A DNA stretch of 64,000 bases from assembly GCA_038896535.1 (NCBI GenBank), contig JAWACY010000002.1, positions 91,002 through 155,001 on the forward strand, written 5' to 3'. This DNA comes from Candidatus Anstonellales archaeon. GTDB taxonomy: Archaea; Micrarchaeota; Micrarchaeia; Anstonellales; J096. The notes beneath the pieces are model-generated. The model had not been told where the DNA came from. It saw only the letters and a list, made by a program, of their open reading frames with translations, and did not search any database. A program made the position numbers and the translations under genes. Shown here piece after piece: positions 58,095-64,000 of this stretch (the stretch's first letter is position 1; every line of letters begins with the position of its first letter).

Positions 58095-58852
58095 TTTCTC
58101 ATCTCCTCTATTGCTTTTTCTGTATATATTGCAACCCTTCCTGCATGAGTGCCTGGAGCAAGATGCTTGACTTTAAGCTCATCAATATTTACAGCATCAA
58201 CGCCTTTAATATTTTCTATAGCTTTTGCAAACTTCAATTCATCTTTTGCACAAACCAGTAATGCTGATTTAGGATATTTTTTATTTCTCCCTCTTTTTTT
58301 AGCTGCTCTCTCAAGTTCTTTTGGCATTATTTTACTTAAAAATTCCACAAATGTTTTTGTCTTTATCGTTGCTTTGTCCAAATTATTAAATGATATAATA
58401 ATGGGCAAATCAACATCAACCTTATGGCCCCTTGTAATAACAATTTCCCTATTAGCTGTTGCTGCAATAGCACTTCTCAATGCAAGCATATATTCTTTTT
58501 TATTCATTTTTTCTTCTATTTTTTTCTCAGGTTTTGGCGGATGTGCTCTTCTTCCCTTAACAGAGCTAGGAATGATCCTTACCCTGCCTGGAATGCCACC
58601 CCCATAAAATTCTCTTGGCCTCATTGCTTGCCCTCTATTCTTCAATGATTTATAAGCTTCTTTTCTTCCAACATAAGTTGCTGAAGTTTCCAGGCCAGCC
58701 CATCTATAAGCTCCTTTTGGCTGTCTTTCTTTGCTTTCCTCTGATATGACTGCTCTTGCAATAACCTCCTTTCTGTATGGAGTTGCAAAAATGCTTGGCA
58801 GATCAATTTCCTTGACAGCATTGCCTTCAATATCATAAACTTTTGCTTTCAT
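58082..58852 (-). CDS. rpl4: 50S ribosomal protein L4
   Basis: LP..F, GRRAHPP, NKKE and LAPG...GR motifs. Confidence 0.95.
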   Translation of the reverse strand: MKAKVYDIEGNAVKEIDLPSIFATPYRKEVIARAVISEESKERQPKGAYRWAGLETSATYVGRKEAYKSLKNRGQAMRPREFYGGGIPGRVRIIPSSVKGRRAHPPKPEKKIEEKMNKKEYMLALRSAIAATANREIVITRGHKVDVDLPIIISFNNLDKATIKTKTFVEFLSKIMPKELERAAKKRGRNKKYPKSALLVCAKDELKFAKAIENIKGVDAVNIDELKVKHLAPGTHAGRVAIYTEKAIEEMRKWQE

Positions 58853-58872
58853 ATTATCATCTCATTATCATT

Positions 58873-59820
58873 TCATATTGTAAAGCTTGCATCTTTTATT
58901 TCCTTTAATGTTTGTTTTCTTATTGATAATCTAAATCTCAAAAGCCTCTTAACAGGGCCAGGCAAGCTACCTTTAATTATTATAGCATCATTTTTTAAAA
59001 CTCCATAATTTTGGAACCCGCCTTTTGGATTTATCTCTATTGCTTTTTCTTTTGGCAAAACTGCCATTACTAACTTATTTAACTCGACCCTTTTATGATA
59101 ACCAGTCTGCCCTGCATGAGGGACAGTATAAAATGTATAAGGCGGTTTAAACTGCCCCAATGTACCGACATGCCTTATTTTACCTGTTGCTTTTCTCCTC
59201 TGCTTGGCTATGCCAAATCTTCTAACTGGTCCTTGCCAACCTTTGCCTTTTGTTACTGCTGATACATCAACAAACATACCAGCTTTTAAAACATCTCCTG
59301 CTCTTATTTGCTTTCCTAAAAGGCTCAAGCCATAATCAACAGCTTCATTTAAATCATTTCCACCTATCCCTAGCTCAAGTTTCTCTATGTGCTTTTTCCC
59401 TATGCCAGTTAATGAAGGCATAGAAAAGCATAAAAGCCTTGCATTCTCATACTTGTCCTTTATTTCATTAATTTTGCTCGCTGTTGCTTTAACATTCTTT
59501 ATATTCATTAATTTTAATACATCTTTATTATCTGTTAATATGTCCTTGCAGTATGAATCTTTTATTAATCTTACTCCATATGCATATAATGGAGGTGCTT
59601 CAACAACAGTTGCTCCTCCAGCATATTCTATAAGCCCTTTCTTACCTTCTGCCTGCTCTAGCCATGTTGCTGTAAGCATACCAGCTTTATATCCAGCAAA
59701 ACCCAGAATAGCTTTTTCTTTAACTACTGGCCATGCATTAAATCCAGCATTCTCATTATCAGCTCTCTTTCTAGGCCTAAAAGCCATTGATCCTCTTCTT
59801 GGTTTTCTTATATCTGTCAT
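58873..59820 (-). CDS. rpl3: 50S ribosomal protein L3
   Basis: PRRGS.AF.PRKRA, GYKAGM, TKGKG.QG.V.R.G and P.GGF..YG motifs. Confidence 0.97.
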   Translation of the reverse strand: MTDIRKPRRGSMAFRPRKRADNENAGFNAWPVVKEKAILGFAGYKAGMLTATWLEQAEGKKGLIEYAGGATVVEAPPLYAYGVRLIKDSYCKDILTDNKDVLKLMNIKNVKATASKINEIKDKYENARLLCFSMPSLTGIGKKHIEKLELGIGGNDLNEAVDYGLSLLGKQIRAGDVLKAGMFVDVSAVTKGKGWQGPVRRFGIAKQRRKATGKIRHVGTLGQFKPPYTFYTVPHAGQTGYHKRVELNKLVMAVLPKEKAIEINPKGGFQNYGVLKNDAIIIKGSLPGPVKRLLRFRLSIRKQTLKEIKDASFTI

Positions 59821-59824
59821 AAAA

Positions 59825-59856
59825 CCACCGGTTGCCCTCTTTTGTTGAGGGTCCGC
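59825..59856 (-). promoter_or_regulatory. GC-rich 5'-leader hairpin abutting the rpl3 SD (candidate ribosomal leader)
   Basis: Minus strand GCGGA-CCCTC-AACAAAA-GAGGG-CAA-CCGGTGG-TTTT-ATG. Confidence 0.5.
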
Positions 59857-60243
59857 TATTATATTAAAATCTAAATATAGTTTAAGATAATAAATTTGCC
59901 TATCATTTTTTAAATATATGCTCTTTTTTCTTGCTTTTTTCTTTTTTCATTCTTTTTATTCTTTTTTTATCCATTTTTTATATTTTTTTATCCATTTTTT
60001 ATTGCTCTGATTATATCATCTTTATTATATTATCATGCTTATTATATCATGCTTATTGTTCTCGTTATTCATTCAGCTTTATTATTTCATTCAGCCTTAT
60101 TATTCATATCCTTATGCTCTCATCATCTTTCTATAATCCTGCTTCTAACATTCTCTCTACAACATTCTGCTCTCTAACATTATGCTCATATCATTCTCCT
60201 ATTTTATCCTTTTTCTTTTTATATTATCTGTTTTTTGCCTTGT

Positions 60244-61092
60244 TCATTCTTCCTTTTCTTCCTTTTTGCTAATTTTCGGCATAAAATAAAATAAGTTTTC
60301 TGGCTTTCTGGAACGGAAGAATAAAGTGCTTCTCAGCATCCAGCCTATGAATCCTGACGGGTGCCTTTTGTCCTCAATATTAAAATGCTTAAACATATTT
60401 TTAAACATGTTGAGGTTTTTTTGATTGCTCTCATTTACCATATTCACAATGTTTTCTGTTACTATTATATTCCCTTTTTCTGCAAGCCTTTGTATCTTCA
60501 TGCTAACATTTATAGGCTTGCCTATTATATCATAATGTATTTTACTATAAGGTGAACCTATTTTAACAGCTATTGCATAACCAGAATCACAAGCTATGCC
60601 ATAATCAACTTTTTGCATGCCTAAATCATGCATTACATCGCTTATTTCATGCATTGCTCTTGATATTGCATAAGAGCATAGAAGTGTTCTCTTTATACTA
60701 TCCTCTATTTTTTGGCAAGGAAAAAATGATATTACGCCATCTCCAAGAAATTTTAATACATGCCCCCCAGCTATCTCTGTTAAACTGCCGGTTATATTAG
60801 AAAAAATTGATATTATGGCCGCAATGTCTTTAGCATTTTTCTCGTAACTTAGCTGTGTGAATCCTCTCAAATCTGTGGCAAGGAATGCGCAATAAAAAGG
60901 CCTTGATTTATGCGCATTCCAATAATCATGTAAAAAATTTTGTGCAGGGTCATTTGGCGGGCTGTTTATTTCTTTTTTTATCTTTGCTATCTTTGCTATC
61001 TGAATACCAACTTTTTCAGCTTTTTCTAATGTATCTACCTCTGTTTCTCTCTCTTTAAAAAACGGCTGGGCTTTTATATCCTCATTGGCCAT
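60244..61092 (-). CDS. Class III adenylate/guanylate cyclase
   Basis: TDLRGFT, KFLGDG and YDIIG...N...K motifs; K/D specificity residues fit ATP. Confidence 0.88.
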   Translation of the reverse strand: MANEDIKAQPFFKERETEVDTLEKAEKVGIQIAKIAKIKKEINSPPNDPAQNFLHDYWNAHKSRPFYCAFLATDLRGFTQLSYEKNAKDIAAIISIFSNITGSLTEIAGGHVLKFLGDGVISFFPCQKIEDSIKRTLLCSYAISRAMHEISDVMHDLGMQKVDYGIACDSGYAIAVKIGSPYSKIHYDIIGKPINVSMKIQRLAEKGNIIVTENIVNMVNESNQKNLNMFKNMFKHFNIEDKRHPSGFIGWMLRSTLFFRSRKPENLFYFMPKISKKEEKEE

Positions 61093-61572
61093 GCCAATAT
61101 TTATAGTTTAAGATTTAAAAATGTGATATTTTAACAGCAATAAATTTAATGACATAAAATTTAATGACATAATATTGGCAATATGACAATAATCTATAAT
61201 ATTTTACTATAATGTTTGCAATAACATAATAACATTTTGCAATGATATTGTTGTTAACTTATTTGAATGATCCACAACTTCACAACAAATCAGAAGTTAA
61301 GGATGGGACTGACGAAGAATTAAAAGAAAACTTAAAGATTTAAGTATGTTCTTCTTTATACCTATGCTAAAAGATTTATGAATAAAAGGAAATGAGAACG
61401 CTGCTTCTTAATTATTTCTTTAGTAACAGCGTGGCTGATATAGTTGATAAACAGAATATTTACATAAAAATCGTAAGAAAACACTCACTGATCATTCACT
61501 GATTTTTCATAATAGTGGATATGTTTACATCAGGCAATGAAGGGTAAATGAAGAAAGAGTGATGCTATGATG

Positions 61573-62763
61573 CTAATTGAAACGTTTTAGAGCAAGCTCA
61601 AATGCTTCTGGGTTTTTGTATCTTTCTGTTATTTCTTCCCTCGCTTCCTTTTCTGTTTTTATTCCTAACTTAACAGCAACAATAAGCCAGTTTGCTGGTG
61701 TGTTTGGACTTGTTATCTCAATAATTCTATGTACTAATTCTCTAAGTTTATCCACCATAAAAAGGTTTACAAATAAGTGCGCTCTTGAGCCTAGAGACAT
61801 AAAATCGCAAGGGTCTGGTTCAACTGAATTAACAAAGGCCAGCAGGTCCAGAAGTTTTTTTCGGTCTTCAAAAAGAGAACAATAGAAGTGGATGAACTGG
61901 TTTATGGAGACAACTGTAATGCCTCTTTCTAAGTCATATGCATTATAATTGCCTAGGTTTTCAACTTCTAATGGGTAATCATAGGTCTCGCCATTCTTTT
62001 TATTATGCACGTGTACATGTTTAAAGTAATCAAGAGAAAGAGCGCTTTCTAGCAATCGTTCTTCTATTTCCCAAGATCTAAAAATTCCATGGAATGTATC
62101 TACATCAATATAAACAAGTTCAGGATTATTTTTTAAGAACGCGGAGGTATAAGTTTTTTCTAAACCACTTGAAAGAACTGCTTTACTTGGTTCTAATAAA
62201 CATGGACTTGTTTCATCTATTATTATTTTCTCTCCTTTTCTTAATTGTTCAAGAGCCCAAATGACTTTATTGAATCTTCTGGTTGAACTTATTAACCTTA
62301 TTTCAAGATCAGAAAACGGGTCTTTTTCGTAGCTGTAAACCACAGGGATGGTTAAACTTCTACCGATACAATTTAAATCGCCTTTAATATTCTCTATTCC
62401 ACTCAGACCAGAGAAAAAGTATGGGAAAGCTGGGAGACCTTCTGTAAACGGAGCAAAAACAAAATCTATTGAGGAAGTTATAGAGTTTATTGCAGCTACA
62501 AAGTCTTCAGAATAATCCTCAACGAATAGAGCTTGCCTTACTGAAGTGCCAGAGAACTTGCCTAACTTTTGATAAAGGTCATTGAAAAAATCCATTCTCT
62601 TCGCATTCTCAACATAATTTTTTGGGCTATATTCTTCACAAATCATGAGTTTTGAGAAAGCCTTCTCAGGATTTTCTGGTAAAGAATTCTTCACCTTTTC
62701 TCTTAGAGTCTGAAGATACTTTAAACGCCTTTCTATTATAATGTCCGCAAACATATATATCAT
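61573..62763 (-). CDS. Hypothetical protein with a possible transglutaminase-like triad
   Basis: LNC.GRS ... HVHV ... YD motif order; helical C-terminus. Confidence 0.6.
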   Translation of the reverse strand: MIYMFADIIIERRLKYLQTLREKVKNSLPENPEKAFSKLMICEEYSPKNYVENAKRMDFFNDLYQKLGKFSGTSVRQALFVEDYSEDFVAAINSITSSIDFVFAPFTEGLPAFPYFFSGLSGIENIKGDLNCIGRSLTIPVVYSYEKDPFSDLEIRLISSTRRFNKVIWALEQLRKGEKIIIDETSPCLLEPSKAVLSSGLEKTYTSAFLKNNPELVYIDVDTFHGIFRSWEIEERLLESALSLDYFKHVHVHNKKNGETYDYPLEVENLGNYNAYDLERGITVVSINQFIHFYCSLFEDRKKLLDLLAFVNSVEPDPCDFMSLGSRAHLFVNLFMVDKLRELVHRIIEITSPNTPANWLIVAVKLGIKTEKEAREEITERYKNPEAFELALKRFN

Positions 62764-63110
62764 TGTTTTAACTTTTCTCTTACTCTCTCAACAATATCTG
62801 ATTTAACTTCGCCGCCAGACCTAGCCATAATAGCCGGAATAGCAGCTCTTGTCGCTGCCTCTCTGAATCTTAAGTCGCTTGCCTCCCTAAATATGTCAAT
62901 TATTTCCAAAGGACTTAAATTAAGACCTTTTTCCTTAAAGAAAGGTTCTAACAAATCGACGAGTTCTCTTGATTTCATAGTTAAAAGACTATCTGGCTCA
63001 ATGTTTTTTGAAGATAAAAATTTTGTTAAGCCATTTACCAATTCATCTGCTTTTTCGCCAAACCTTCCTTTAAAAACTTCTTCAATACATTTTATTGCCA
63101 TATTTACCAC
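62760..63110 (-). CDS. Small hypothetical protein coupled to the downstream gene
   Basis: 116-aa ORF, ATGA overlap, TTTAAA about 26 nt upstream. Confidence 0.6.
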   Translation of the reverse strand: MVNMAIKCIEEVFKGRFGEKADELVNGLTKFLSSKNIEPDSLLTMKSRELVDLLEPFFKEKGLNLSPLEIIDIFREASDLRFREAATRAAIPAIMARSGGEVKSDIVERVREKLKQ

Positions 63111-63170
63111 AATATAATTATATGGGGGTAAAGTTTTTAAATATTATCGTTTTTGGCTGTTTTCAGATAT

Positions 63171-63322
63171 TGCCGCGGGTGGGATTCGAACCCACGACCT
63201 CCAGATAGCCCAAAGCCAAATTATAAATTTATAAATTAAATTCAAACATCATTGCATAAGCTCAGCACTCATAGATATATGCTTCCATGAGTCTGGCGTT
63301 CTACCAACTAAACTACCGCGGC
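63171..63322 (-). tRNA. Elongator tRNA-Met(CAT) with a 79-nt intron (63207-63285) at position 37/38
   Basis: GCCGCGG/CCGCGGC acceptor; strict BHB motif (CTCA/TGGG central helix, AAGC/GCTT outer helix); exons total 73 nt. Confidence 0.95.
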
Positions 63323-63345
63323 ATTATTTTTTATTAATGCAAATG

Positions 63346-63353
63346 ATTTAAAT
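63346..63353. promoter_or_regulatory. Palindromic TATA box ATTTAAAT shared by divergent tRNA-Met and flavin-reductase genes
   Basis: 24 nt from the tRNA 5' end and 21 nt from ATG 63374. Confidence 0.6.
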
Positions 63354-63373
63354 AATTTTACACAAATCTAATC

Positions 63374-63961
63374 ATGGTAGAAAAAACACACGAAGCAATA
63401 AATATGCCTTGGGAAGATGAAAGGGCAAGAGTTTTTGTTAGCGACATAGGCATAATTTCTAGCAATGGTAAATATGGATATAACCTCATGTCTTGCGAAT
63501 GGACACATCAAATATCTTATAACCCAGCCAGAATTAGCATATCTGTAAATAAAGAAAGTGCGACACTTGAAAATATCATGGAGAGAAAATATTTTGGAGT
63601 AAATATACTAGAAGAAAAACAAGCATTGGTATCAAGCATATGTGGAAACATATCAGGAAAAGATGTTGATAAAATCTCTGTAATAAAAGCACTTGGCTAT
63701 GAATTTGAAAAGGCAAAATATATAGATGTATTATTATTAAGAGATGCTTTATTTAATGCTGAATGCAAAGTCATAAATATCTTAGATATTGGTGACCATG
63801 TGCTTTTTATAGGAGATATTATTGAAGCAAAAAGAAGGAATGGGGCTCCATTAATATATCATGCTGCATCTTATTGGAAAATTGGCGAAAAATTGAGCAG
63901 GCCATCAAAGGAGGAGGTTGATAAAATTAATGCAATCATAGAGAAGTTCAAGAAAAATTAA
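63374..63961 (+). CDS. Flavin reductase family protein (DIM6/NTAB, flavoredoxin-like)
   Basis: N.M...W....S..P, T..NI.....F.VN.L, SG.D.DK, ECK and GDH.LFIG motifs. Confidence 0.9.
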   Translation: MVEKTHEAINMPWEDERARVFVSDIGIISSNGKYGYNLMSCEWTHQISYNPARISISVNKESATLENIMERKYFGVNILEEKQALVSSICGNISGKDVDKISVIKALGYEFEKAKYIDVLLLRDALFNAECKVINILDIGDHVLFIGDIIEAKRRNGAPLIYHAASYWKIGEKLSRPSKEEVDKINAIIEKFKKN

Positions 63962-64000
63962 AAATGGCGATAAAATGGAAAATGAGAATAAAATAATTGG

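Noticed and set aside
59931-60272. 113-aa hydrophobic + strand ORF
   Set aside because: Arises from a T-rich low-complexity tandem-repeat spacer
60244-61092. Pycsar/CBASS-type defence system
   Set aside because: Purine-type specificity residues and no adjacent TM, TIR or cNMP-binding effector gene
61093-63180. Complete integrated element at tRNA-Met
   Set aside because: No integrase and no duplicated tRNA 3' end (att) found by eye in the window
63171-63322. Initiator tRNA-Met or tRNA-Ile2 assignment
   Set aside because: G1-C72 with GCC start and no three consecutive G-C pairs in the anticodon stem; fits archaeal elongator Met
1-64000. CRISPR array or cas operon
   Set aside because: No regularly spaced 24-40-nt repeats were seen; the Cas4-like gene has no cas neighbours

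Overview
AT-rich, gene-dense archaeal chromosome segment, most likely from a DPANN lineage (Micrarchaeota-like; inferred from gene content and compactness). Housekeeping content: serS, argS, glmS, aIF2beta-aIF1A-RIO1-UbiA cluster, GGGP synthase, Hjc, SlyD, a CBS-HPF hibernation-factor-like gene, and an L3-L4-L23-L2-S19-L22-S3-L29-aIF1 ribosomal operon continuing into S15-S3Ae-NAC-L15e-aIF5A-S24e-Sm. RNA genes: tRNA-Ser(GCT), tRNA-Pro(CGG), intron-containing elongator tRNA-Met, and a canonical box C/D guide RNA upstream of hsp20. Main highlights: (1) a ~15 kb cluster of giant orphan proteins, three with helical regions plus amphipathic beta-barrel-like regions and no signal peptide, around a secreted CARDB/Ig-like protein, a candidate host-contact or pore system; (2) the aIF1 gene has no canonical start codon for its full-length form and apparently starts at ATA, flanked by two mini-ORFs, suggesting start-fidelity autoregulation; (3) the tRNA-Met intron carries a D'-box guide aimed at its own wobble C34; (4) a NUDIX-methyltransferase fusion coupled to a kinase; (5) ankyrin and transglutaminase-like orphans; (6) single palindromic TTTAAA boxes centred between divergent, apparently leaderless genes. 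No CRISPR array, integrase or transposase was seen. All calls are by eye from sequence motifs; no database searches were run.
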